DNA from: Gemmatimonadales bacterium
GTDB lineage: Bacteria > Gemmatimonadota > Gemmatimonadetes > Gemmatimonadales > GWC2-71-9
DNA length: 63,828 nt
Assembly: GCA_039794085.1 (NCBI GenBank)
Contig: JBDIWC010000022.1
Coordinates: 1 to 63,828, forward strand
Direction of reading: 5' to 3'
How positions within the stretch are numbered: the stretch's first letter is position 1; each line of letters starts with the position of its first letter. The position numbers and the translations under genes are program-made. Below are positions 39,575 to 48,216 of the stretch, in pieces. The notes below the pieces were generated by a model, which had not been told where the DNA came from, ran no database searches, and saw nothing but the letters and a program-made list of their open reading frames with translations.

Positions 39575-40080
39575 GGCCGGATACCGTCACCGCAATTGTT
39601 GTGGAACCACGAAAAGCACGAAAAGGCACGAAAGGTGGGACGGGCTCAGTAACGGCACTTTGAGGTGCATGCCGGTGGCGTGAGCCACCTCACCTGGCCG
39701 AGCAAGGGGCGTCAGCCCCGGGATATCCTAAACTCAAAGGCTGAGCGAGGGATTCCGCCTGGTTCGTCATCGGCCGGGCGGAGGTAATTGATGGCTCTTG
39801 GCGCGTTCACGTTGGCTGAAGCCAAACGCGATGCACGCTGCGCGTGCGTGCCCTGAAGGGCAGGGTCACCGGAGGTGTACCGGGCGGGTTCATCCCGCGT
39901 GATCACGGACGGATAGCCGCTCGGCGACATCCATGGATGGCCGGATGCCGTCATCGCGACTGTTGTGGAACCACGAAAAGCACGAAAAGGCACGAAAGCG
40001 AAGAGGGGCAGGCTCCGTAACATGCATCGAAGTGCACCCGGTGGCGTGACCCATCTCACCTGGCGGAGCAAGGGGTGTCC
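39575..40080. repeat. Mosaic repeat cluster 2
   Basis: Same modules as cluster 1: two AACCACGAAAAG modules, GGCGTGAGCCACCTC..CTGGCCGAGCAAGGGG and TTCACGTTGGCTGAAGCCAA. Confidence 0.88.
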
Positions 40081-40169
40081 GCTGCCTGATGCCTAAACTC
40101 GGCGCTTCGCGACGGGCTATGAAGGAGGGATGTGGCCACCGCGACTATGCGCCACCATGAAAGGAATGA

Positions 40170-41261
40170 ATGCGTCATCGACTGATGTACTTGAGCCTCG
40201 CACTGGCGCTTCTGGGCGGCCTCGGAGGATGCGACGGGGAGGATCGCGAAAATGGAGCCGCGACCGATCCGGTGGCGCGTGATCCGATCATGGTGGTGGA
40301 TGGGCAGCAGTTCGATGACGTGTTCTCGGTGTACGATACGCTGGAACTGGAAGAGCCCCGAGGGGTGCTGTCCGTAGCCCCGATGGTGTCCCTCGATTCC
40401 GGGGGAGGGTTCCTTGTGGCTGATGCCGCGGAGCACCAGGTGCGAGTGTACTCTCCCCAGGGGAAGCTCCGCGAGGTGTTCGGTGAAGGGACCGCCCGGG
40501 TGGACTCCATCAAGTCACCGGGACGCGCTCTCCGCCTGCCCGGTGGAGACATTCTCGTGGTCAACCTGGCCGGCCCTCTGACCATCCTCCCGGCTCGTCA
40601 GGAGGAACCATCCCGGTTCATTCCCCGATCGCTCCGTACGGCGCGCCACGCCGAGATCCTGAACGACCACGAAGTCCTCTTGGTCGGCTCCGACACAAAT
40701 CCGGTAGCGGCCACGCTGTTTCGCCTCGATTTGGCGAATGGCCAATACTCAGAGAAGTACTTGGCACCGCCAGCGCATCTCGACAAGTGGGTGACGACCT
40801 TCATGTCCGCGGTCCGGACCTCTCGGTGGGGAAACCGCATCGCCGCAGTCCACATGCTGTCGGATACGCTCGTGATCTTCGACCTTGCCGGACGAGAGCA
40901 GAAGCGGGTTCCCATTCCCATCGATCCGTTCATGGCTCCAGAGGGCCCCCTCCCGGACGTGACGACGGCAGCCGAACAGCATGCCTGGATGGCGCAGTTC
41001 ACGATGGTGATGAACCTGTTCTGGATCGAGGACAACAAGCTCATCGTCCAATGGGCCAAGGGCCTGGAGAACGGGCTGGATGCCGATATGGGAATCCTGC
41101 AGATGGACACGACAGGCGTCAGGGCGTGGGCCATCGCGCCCTCCCCGACGCTCGTTGCCGTGCGGGGAGAGGAGTTCTTCTTCCGGAATCCGCGCAACCA
41201 TGAACCGAACCGATGGTGGGTGGCGAAGCGGCGAGCAGGTCCGGAGGAACCTCCATCATGA
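40170..41261 (+). CDS. 6-bladed beta-propeller lipoprotein
   Basis: Lipobox LGGC, and FDDVFSVYDTLELEEP resembling FTDVFTLADSLTLEQP of 22672; also FLVAD..HQVRVY. Confidence 0.78.
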   Translation: MRHRLMYLSLALALLGGLGGCDGEDRENGAATDPVARDPIMVVDGQQFDDVFSVYDTLELEEPRGVLSVAPMVSLDSGGGFLVADAAEHQVRVYSPQGKLREVFGEGTARVDSIKSPGRALRLPGGDILVVNLAGPLTILPARQEEPSRFIPRSLRTARHAEILNDHEVLLVGSDTNPVAATLFRLDLANGQYSEKYLAPPAHLDKWVTTFMSAVRTSRWGNRIAAVHMLSDTLVIFDLAGREQKRVPIPIDPFMAPEGPLPDVTTAAEQHAWMAQFTMVMNLFWIEDNKLIVQWAKGLENGLDADMGILQMDTTGVRAWAIAPSPTLVAVRGEEFFFRNPRNHEPNRWWVAKRRAGPEEPPS

Positions 41262-42451
41262 ACCTCCGGTGGTTGGCCGGAGCAGTAGGGGCCGCTGCTC
41301 TCTCAGCGTGTGAGATGCCTCCATCCGGGGACCGAGACTGGACCATTCGTGACAGTGCCGGTGTCACCATTGTCTCCAATCACCCCTCGGATCTGCCCCA
41401 GGGCTGCATCGAGATCGCAACCCCCGCCGAGGTTGTCATTCGGTCAGGAGACGGGAGCGACCCGGGCACCCTGCCCGCACTGATCCAAGTTCGTGGAGGG
41501 ACGGTGCTTTCGGACGGGCGCATTGCCGTCCTGGCCGCCGGTACGTGGCAGGTTCTCTTTTACGATGCGGGAGGCCAGTTCCAGAATGCCACCGGCCGCA
41601 ATGGCCGTGGCCCGGGGGAGTTCCTCACTCCTTCTTGGCTCGGCCACGGTGGCGCCGATACCCTGTTCGTCTGGGACGCTGCCCAGCGCCGGCTCACCGT
41701 GCTGGATGGCACGGGGACGCTCCTGACGACACAGAAGGTGGATGGGGCGGCGGAGCATCCCGACATCGGCGGCAGATTCGGGGACGGCTCCTTCCTGATG
41801 CGTCCCGGTGGGGTGGGGTTCTTTCCCCGGACATCTGGCGTGGTGCGACTGGATGAGACCTACGGGCGGCACGACCTGGCCACCGGGACGACAACCCTTC
41901 TGGCCGAAGGCCAGTCATGGGAGACAGGTCTCAGTGAGACAAGCGGGCGCTACGGCCTGTCATTCGGCAAGACGACCGTGGTGACGGTGGGCAGGGACCA
42001 CCTGGTTCTCGCAGACACCGGCGAGCCCGAGCTGCGGTTCCACGACCTCAAGGGACAGGTTCGCCGGGTCGTCCGGTGGACTTCACCGCCGATCCCGGTC
42101 ACGGCGCAGGACCGGGCGGATTATGTGGCGTACTATGCCGCGGAGGCTCCACGATTCGCTCCTCCACCCGATGCGCAGTTTGCGGGCGAGCGGCCGCACC
42201 TGACCTCGATCGCCACAGACCGCGTGGGGTGGATCTGGGTGAAGAGGTATTCAGGAGGTTGGGAGGAACCCTCCCCCTGGCTTGTGTTCGATGAACGTGG
42301 CGTGCTGCAATGCGAAGTCGAGGCCCCGCCTCGGCTCACGGCGTTGGAGATCGGCAGCGACTATCTGCTCAGCCTGCTGCGCGACTCGACCGGGGAGGAG
42401 ACCGTTATGCGCTGGGGGCTCCGTCGCACGCCGAAGACGGCGGAGCAATAG
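41258..42451 (+). CDS. 6-bladed beta-propeller lipoprotein
   Basis: Lipobox LSAC, RDSAGVTIV, GRNGRGPGEF, DRVGWIWV and WLVFD. Confidence 0.8.
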   Translation: MNLRWLAGAVGAAALSACEMPPSGDRDWTIRDSAGVTIVSNHPSDLPQGCIEIATPAEVVIRSGDGSDPGTLPALIQVRGGTVLSDGRIAVLAAGTWQVLFYDAGGQFQNATGRNGRGPGEFLTPSWLGHGGADTLFVWDAAQRRLTVLDGTGTLLTTQKVDGAAEHPDIGGRFGDGSFLMRPGGVGFFPRTSGVVRLDETYGRHDLATGTTTLLAEGQSWETGLSETSGRYGLSFGKTTVVTVGRDHLVLADTGEPELRFHDLKGQVRRVVRWTSPPIPVTAQDRADYVAYYAAEAPRFAPPPDAQFAGERPHLTSIATDRVGWIWVKRYSGGWEEPSPWLVFDERGVLQCEVEAPPRLTALEIGSDYLLSLLRDSTGEETVMRWGLRRTPKTAEQ

Positions 42452-42504
42452 GTGAGGTGGTAAGCCCAAGCTTGGCGTTTTGCGACGGGACATGGCTGGC
42501 GCGA

Positions 42505-43140
42505 GGTTGTCATCGCGAGGCGGCGCATGGAGTTTGCCACGGGCCCTTCGGGCCCTCGCAACAAGGCCGACGTGGCAATCTCGTGAGCCGAAGTTGGCCT
42601 GGAGAGACGAATTCCGGGCCTACCTGCCGGGACAGACGCCGCCATCGGGAAGGCGGTGGTTGGCGCGTTCACGTTGGCTGAAGCCAACGCGATGCACGCT
42701 GCGCGTGAGTGCCCTGAAGGGCAGATGCCGGATTGGCGCAGGCGTACGGCGGGAGGGTCCGGCACTTCAGTGCCGGTCACCGGAGGTGTACCGCGCGGGA
42801 TTCATCCCGCGTGATCACGGGCGGATAGCCGCTCGGCGACATCCATGGGCCCAAGTAACAGCTTCTTGAGTTGCACTCGGTGGCGTGAGCCACCTCCTCT
42901 GGCCGAGCAAGGGGCGTGAGCCCCGGGATATCCAAACTCAAAGGCCGAGCGAGGGGTTCCGCCCGATGCGTCATCGGCAGGGCGGAGGTGGTTGAGGGCT
43001 CCTGGCGCGTTCACGTTGGCTTCCGATGCGGTACCTTCATGGCCCACTCCTCACTCCTCACTCCTCACTCCTCACTCCTCACTCCTCACTCCTCACTCCC
43101 CACTCCCCACTCCCCACTCCCCACTCCCCACTCCCCACTG
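42505..43140. repeat. Mosaic repeat cluster 3 ending in (CTCCTCA)n(CTCCCCA)n heptamers
   Basis: Shares modules with clusters 1 and 2, and has about 13 heptamer units at 43045-43138. Confidence 0.9.
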
Positions 43141-43862
43141 TCTGCCCGGCCGAATCCGTGGCGGCAGGCGGCCTCGAGGGGCCACTCCCAGCCGGGCCGG
43201 TCGTTGTAGCCGGCCAGGGTGAGGCCGAGGGCCCGGCGGATCCGCTGGGTGAGGCGGGTGATGGTGGTCCCGGCACTGGCGGCGAGCTGTCCGGTGTTGT
43301 CGGCGAGGCGCGGAAGGAAGGCGAGGTCGTGGAGGCGCACCAGATCGGAGGGTCGGCAGGAGAGGATCTCGTTGACCCGGCGGTGGAGAGTGCGACGGGA
43401 CGCGCCGTTGGGGCTGCCGTCCTTGTCGAGGCAGGCCATGAGGAGGGCTTCGATGACCTCGGCGGGCTGCTGGAGTCGGCGGGCGAGCCAGGGCTGCTGG
43501 AGTCGGCGGGCGAGCCAGCGGGCCATGGTCGAGGGTGCAACGGGGGGTCGCTGGTTCACCGATTGGCGGAGTGTGGCGGCGTCGGGGAGTTGGGCGAGGG
43601 GGTGCGGGACGACGACGGACTGGGCGGCGCGGGCCTGCTCCAGGGGAGTGCGCAGGGCCGTCAGGGAGGTGGCCAGAGGCGCGGGGACCACGGCGAGCAG
43701 GGGGACCCAGGGGGGCAGGTCCTCCAGGGCGGCGACGAGGAGGGGGAAGCAGTCCGGTTCGGTGACGAGAGCGGCGGCGAGGGAGCCGAGGGCGAAGCGG
43801 GTGGCCGGGGTGATCGGAGTGGAGGTCTTGTCGTTCGGGCCCAGCATCATCCAGGATCGCAT
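43086..43862 (-). CDS. Uncharacterised HTH-like regulator, copy C
   Basis: Open frame with AraC-like segments ASRRTLHRRV and LAASAG...RLTQRIRRALG. It has a 27-bp in-frame duplication (43464-43517) and stops inside the heptamer tract. Confidence 0.6.
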   Translation of the reverse strand: MRSWMMLGPNDKTSTPITPATRFALGSLAAALVTEPDCFPLLVAALEDLPPWVPLLAVVPAPLATSLTALRTPLEQARAAQSVVVPHPLAQLPDAATLRQSVNQRPPVAPSTMARWLARRLQQPWLARRLQQPAEVIEALLMACLDKDGSPNGASRRTLHRRVNEILSCRPSDLVRLHDLAFLPRLADNTGQLAASAGTTITRLTQRIRRALGLTLAGYNDRPGWEWPLEAACRHGFGRADSGEWGVGSGEWGVGSEE

Positions 43863-43959
43863 CTCCATCTTCCTTCCCTGAAAAACGGCCTGACGATGGG
43901 AGGAAACCTCTCAGAAGACACGTTGTCAACGAAGAAGGGGATCTGAAGAGGGTGGTTAC

Positions 43960-43993
43960 CACCAGTTTTGGCCAGAAATGGCCGAAACTGGTG
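43960..43993. promoter_or_regulatory. Conserved palindrome (candidate operator), locus C
   Basis: CACCAGTTTTGGCCA-GAAA-TGGCCGAAACTGGTG. Confidence 0.65.
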
Positions 43994-44111
43994 TTGGCCT
44001 TCGCACCAGGTGGCTCTATCGTTTAGTCGCGTGTTGGAGAGCAACTTGAAGGAATGACTGCAATGGCCAACCCCGGCCGCAGTTCACCAACCCACGTTGA
44101 ATGGAGGTCCG

Positions 44112-44323
44112 ATGAGAGTGTCCAGATTCTTCCTGGCAGTTACTGTCCTGGCGGTTCTCGGTTTTGGAGCTACTCCCACGCAGGAGGCCAACGCAGAGGG
44201 TGACTGGCGCATCCGCGATGACGGGCTCCTTGGAACTGCAAGTTCAGCTGCGGTTCGAATGGTCCCTCGGTGTTTCCGTGGTGCGCGTGTACGGTCCTCC
44301 CGACTATCATCGTCGAAGGCTGA
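44112..44323 (+). CDS. Small secreted 4-Cys peptide C (70 aa, hidden by a 1-nt frameshift)
   Basis: SD GGAGG and a signal ending ANA. Adding one G at 44223-44225 gives EGDWRIRDDGAPWNCKFSCGSNGPSVFPWCACTVLPTIIVEG*. Confidence 0.68.
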
Positions 44324-44366
44324 TCCGGAAAGGCGACTCGCGACACATGACGAAGAAGGACAAGAG

Positions 44367-44855
44367 ATGACTTGTTGCGGGGATGGGCCGCTCGGATTTC
44401 CCAAGGGACTCTTGGCGGCCCTGTGCCTTCTCAGTTCGGCGGTGGCATCATGCAACTCTGTTGACGTCACGGAATTCGACCTACCCGCATGGGTTGAAGG
44501 CTCGCCGGAACTTGCGAGGCTTGTCAAGGCACACGATACCGTTGTGGTTCTGTTGTACTCTCCGGAAGCCTGCTTTTCGTGCGGGGGCGGCATGGCGCGA
44601 TGGGGGAAACTGAAGAAGGAAGGTCGGCAGATTCATCTAGGCCTGACGCGGCAACCGACAAGTGTGGAGGATCGGAGGTTGAAGCTGGCCAAAGTGCAGT
44701 TTGATTTCGTCCTTTCCAACAGGTCGCTACCCGAGGCCATGGATCTCTTGTTCATTGCGGGTTCTCTCGTCAGGGCTGACACGCTCGCCGGTGCCAGACC
44801 CAGGAGCATATTGGAACTCCTCGACACCACTGAGGAGTATGGCGAATCTCGCTAG
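44367..44855 (+). CDS. Exported thioredoxin-like CxxC lipoprotein
   Basis: Lipobox VASC and VVVLLYSPEACFSC. Confidence 0.65.
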   Translation: MTCCGDGPLGFPKGLLAALCLLSSAVASCNSVDVTEFDLPAWVEGSPELARLVKAHDTVVVLLYSPEACFSCGGGMARWGKLKKEGRQIHLGLTRQPTSVEDRRLKLAKVQFDFVLSNRSLPEAMDLLFIAGSLVRADTLAGARPRSILELLDTTEEYGESR

Positions 44856-45969
44856 ACTCTGCTGTTCGTGGTTCTGTCTCTGCGCGTTGGGGGTCGGAAC
44901 AATGGCGTGTGGGGATACCACGGGCAACGAGGTCGTGCTTCTGGAGCCGACGCGCGAGATCTTCCTCGACGAGCCGGACTCGCTTCCCGTTGGCATGCCG
45001 GGATACCTGGCGGTGGCAGGAAACGGTGCCTTCTATCTGTCCGACGCGATGAATCATCGGGTCGTCAGCTATGATCCCAGGGGAACTCCCCGCGGCACCT
45101 TCGGTCGCGCCGGCCGGGGGCCCGGGGAGTTTACCGGAGCGGGATTTGTTGCGCTCTTTGGTGATACACTGGCCGCGATGGATCACGCCAGTCGCCAGAT
45201 GTTCCTCTTCGATCGCCGAACAGGCGATCTTGTCCGGAGCGTCGGGATGCCGGGCCATCAGCTCTATTCGGCCGCAACCGATGGCGGCACTGCATGGCTC
45301 GGCCTCATCGGTGCACTGGATCAAGGAGACTTTCGTGCCGTGGTCAAGTGGAATCTCGCCACGGACTCCCTGGAGACTCTCCTGCAAGCACCGGCAGAGT
45401 ACTATGCCGTCAGCCCCTCCCCCCTGTGGATTTTTGCCTCTGCCTACCTGACGGAGTGGAACGATACCCTCGCCGTCCTCTTTGGAGCGCGCAACACACT
45501 GGAGCTCTTCACGAGTGACGGGACACTGCTTTCGATTGTCGAACTCCCTGTCCTGCATCGCCGGGGAGTGCCCGAGGATCGGAAGCGTGTCCTCACGCGA
45601 CCGACGGCGAAGGAGATTCCAACTCTCACATACGAAGCAGTACAAGGGAGCCTGTCGTCTCCTCGTGCGATAGGTCGTCTTCCGGATGGAACCATCGCGG
45701 TGGTTCATGCGGACCAGACGGCGGAACGAGGGAAGGTCACGGCACAGCTCTGGCTTACGCTGCTCTCGCTGGATGGTCGCTGGTCATGCGCAGACCGGCA
45801 GGTTCCCGCGTCAAGCGAGGGAAGGCCGGCTGTTGCGATGCTGAGGGATTCACTGTATGTCGTGGATCAAGTGCTCCTGGACAACGATGCGCGAACCCGG
45901 CTTCGGGTCTTCCCCATCGACGACCGTGGGTGTGCAGGGTCATGGAACACCCCGGAGGGTGGCTCCTAG
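44839..45969 (+). CDS. 6-bladed beta-propeller lipoprotein
   Basis: SD GAGGAG, lipobox TMAC, FYLSD...RVVSYD and FGRAGRGPGEF. Confidence 0.8.
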   Translation: MANLARLCCSWFCLCALGVGTMACGDTTGNEVVLLEPTREIFLDEPDSLPVGMPGYLAVAGNGAFYLSDAMNHRVVSYDPRGTPRGTFGRAGRGPGEFTGAGFVALFGDTLAAMDHASRQMFLFDRRTGDLVRSVGMPGHQLYSAATDGGTAWLGLIGALDQGDFRAVVKWNLATDSLETLLQAPAEYYAVSPSPLWIFASAYLTEWNDTLAVLFGARNTLELFTSDGTLLSIVELPVLHRRGVPEDRKRVLTRPTAKEIPTLTYEAVQGSLSSPRAIGRLPDGTIAVVHADQTAERGKVTAQLWLTLLSLDGRWSCADRQVPASSEGRPAVAMLRDSLYVVDQVLLDNDARTRLRVFPIDDRGCAGSWNTPEGGS

Positions 45970-46066
45970 TTACGCCCGAGCGCCATGATCGGTTCTCTCT
46001 TTGGTGGCCGGGTGAGGGGTCTCCGTTCCCATGGACGCCCTCGGAGCGGGTGCGCGCTCTTTTTGT

Positions 46067-46255
46067 ACCACGGGGCTCACGCCCCGGGCTCGGCGGCGAG
46101 AGGCCGTTGACACGGCCGGGTGCATCTTCCTGGTCTCGGATCTCCAGCCGTCGTTGGGAGGAGGGAGTCAGTGGCAAACGTCGAACGGGGCCTGGTGCCG
46201 TCATTGCGAGGAGGCGGACCGGTGGTGCGAGCCACCTCACCTGGCCCGGGATATC
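46067..46255. repeat. Mosaic repeat cluster 4
   Basis: About 90 bp nearly identical to 34144-34233, plus GTCATTGCGAGGAGGC and GAGCCACCTCACCTGGCC modules. Confidence 0.85.
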
Positions 46256-46294
46256 CCATTCCAGAAGCCGATAGCATAGTAGCTGTATCAACAA

Positions 46295-46609
46295 CTACTT
46301 TTCTCGGGTCCTTGTTGATCTGGATCCGGGCCGACCTGCGGGAGGCCGGACGCTCGAACCGGAGAGCGCATCGAGAATCGCGTCACCAGACCGCTCCCGC
46401 TCGGTACGGACAAGGTCCACGAGTTCCCCGGGTCGCAACCGGTTCCGAACCGGCGGAAGAACGTCGAGCGGAGACTCCTCGGAGCGGAGAGGCTGCACGA
46501 TGAACGTGGAGCCATCCTGCCGCCGGATCCGGACCTGGCCCTCCTGGCGGGCCTGATCCAGGAGGGTGGCCAGACGCTGACGGGCCTCTGAATAGGTGTA
46601 GGTCCTCAT
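46295..46609 (-). CDS. Phd/YefM-family antitoxin (no adjacent toxin seen)
   Basis: MRTYTYSEARQRLATLLDQA...VRIRR.DG. Confidence 0.8.
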   Translation of the reverse strand: MRTYTYSEARQRLATLLDQARQEGQVRIRRQDGSTFIVQPLRSEESPLDVLPPVRNRLRPGELVDLVRTERERSGDAILDALSGSSVRPPAGRPGSRSTRTREK

Positions 46610-46740
46610 CCATGCATCATAGGCACACGGTCCACCGGAATCCACTCACGCGGGATGAATCCCGCGCGATGCACCTTCGGTGACCGGCGCTGAAGCGCCG
46701 ACCCCATCCTCCGGCATCTTGCAGGGGAACCGTCCGCCAA

Positions 46741-46843
46741 GGGCGACGCATGCGTCGCCCCTACCGCCTACCGCCCACAGCCAACCGCCCATCACCTACC
46801 GCCTACCGCCTACCACCCACCGCCTACCGCCTACCGCCTACCG
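46741..46843. repeat. REP palindrome plus (CCGCCTA)n heptamers
   Basis: GGGCGACGCATGCGTCGCCCCTAC (GTAG on the minus strand) followed by a heptamer tract. Confidence 0.8.
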
Positions 46844-47371
46844 CATCATTGTCTGAACGTACATCAGGGCCACCAGGGACTTCCCGTCCACCACCTCTCC
46901 GCGCCGGATCATCCGGCCCACCTCCGACCAGCGCACCGTTTCCACCTGAATGAACTCGTCCGCATCGCGCTGGGTGGGAACGGTGCTGAGCCCCGCCGCG
47001 AGGTAGAGATGAATCCGCTCGTCGGTGAAGCCGGGAGTTGTGAAAACCGTGGTAAGTCGTTCCAGGCTCCTGGCACTCACTCCCGCCTCCTCGGCGAGTT
47101 CCCGCGTGGCACAGGCCTCGGGAGATTCGCCCGGCTGGAGAGTGCCGGCCGGGATCTCCCAGATCACGCCGTCCGCCGCGTGACGGAACTGCCGGATCAG
47201 CAGCACCCGCGGATCGGCGTTTCCGGGATCATCGAGGAAGGGAACGACCGCCGAGGCGCCGGGATGGCGGACCATCTCGAGAGTGCCGGTGGAGCCGTCG
47301 GGGAATTGGACCGTGTCGTGGTCCACGTGGATGATGCGGCCGGAGTAGGCGCGGCGGGAGGAGAGGAGCAC
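46838..47371 (-). CDS. NUDIX hydrolase (ADP-ribose pyrophosphatase-like)
   Basis: Nudix box EIPAG...GESPEACATRELAEEAG, with TPGFTDE and DGKS. Confidence 0.92.
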   Translation of the reverse strand: MLLSSRRAYSGRIIHVDHDTVQFPDGSTGTLEMVRHPGASAVVPFLDDPGNADPRVLLIRQFRHAADGVIWEIPAGTLQPGESPEACATRELAEEAGVSARSLERLTTVFTTPGFTDERIHLYLAAGLSTVPTQRDADEFIQVETVRWSEVGRMIRRGEVVDGKSLVALMYVQTMMR

Positions 47372-47480
47372 GATTCTAGGCGGTAGACGGTAGGCTGTGG
47401 GCGGTAGGCATGGACATGTCCAGGGAGTAGAGGGTGTAGTGTGTAGGGAGCAGGCGTAGGGTAATGCCTTTCCTGGGAGC

Positions 47481-48198
47481 TGTCATCCCGAACAAAGTGA
47501 GGGATCTGAGACGGTTCCCTTGTACTTCACGCCGTTGGGAAGGCGGAGGTTGCCGTGCGGCCATCGGGGACGCAGCCAACGGGAAGTGCACCGTTCACGG
47601 TCTCAGATCCCTCGCCTGCGGCTCGGGATGACGGCCCTTTTTGCCCTCGGGATGACGGTCCCTTTGGGCTCGGCGTGGACGGGCTCTGCGTCATCCGAAC
47701 CAATCGGTCGCCAGGTCAAGCCACAACGGATTCTGGCGTTCGATGAGCGCCAACCTTTTGGCCCGGCTCCATTTCTTGATCTGTCGCTCCCGGGTGGCCG
47801 CAGTCAGGGGGTGAGTGTGACTCTCGAAGTAGACCAACTTTGTCACCCGATATCGCCGTGTGAATCCACCGAGTATGCCCTCGCGATGTTCATGGACGCG
47901 CTGCAGGGGCCGGCCGGTCATGCCGGTATAGATCGTCCGGTTGTGGCTTGCCATGATGTACACGTACCAGATACGGGACATGGACGAAGCATACGTGCTC
48001 ACCCGGGCGGGTCGCGGACCGAAAAGATGCAGGTGTGGCCGGTTTCAACGCGGACCTTGGCGTCTGCGCCTGTATCATCGCGAAGAAGGAGGGTGCCTTG
48101 CGGCCATCGGGGACGCAGCCAACGGGAAGTGCACCGTTCACCGTCTCAGATCCCTCGCCTGCGGCTCGGGATGACGGCCCTCTTGCCCTCGGGATGAC
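47481..48198. repeat. REP-like repeats flanking the GIY-YIG gene
   Basis: About 100-bp direct repeats (47556-47656 and 48099-48198) containing CAGATCCCTCG...CTCGGGATGAC, and an inverted copy at 47481-47515. Confidence 0.85.
47691..47981 (-). CDS. Small GIY-YIG nuclease
   Basis: YVYIM...IYTGMT, RV.EH, FT.RY.V.KLVYFE, RERQIKKWSRAK and NP.W.DL. Confidence 0.92.
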   Translation of the reverse strand: MSRIWYVYIMASHNRTIYTGMTGRPLQRVHEHREGILGGFTRRYRVTKLVYFESHTHPLTAATRERQIKKWSRAKRLALIERQNPLWLDLATDWFG

Positions 48199-48216
48199 AA
48201 CTCCATCGGGCTCCCC

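Noticed and set aside
44097..44855. 252-aa ORF as one protein
   Set aside because: It has an internal second signal/lipobox, and a Cys-rich alternative frame shows two genes joined by a frameshift.
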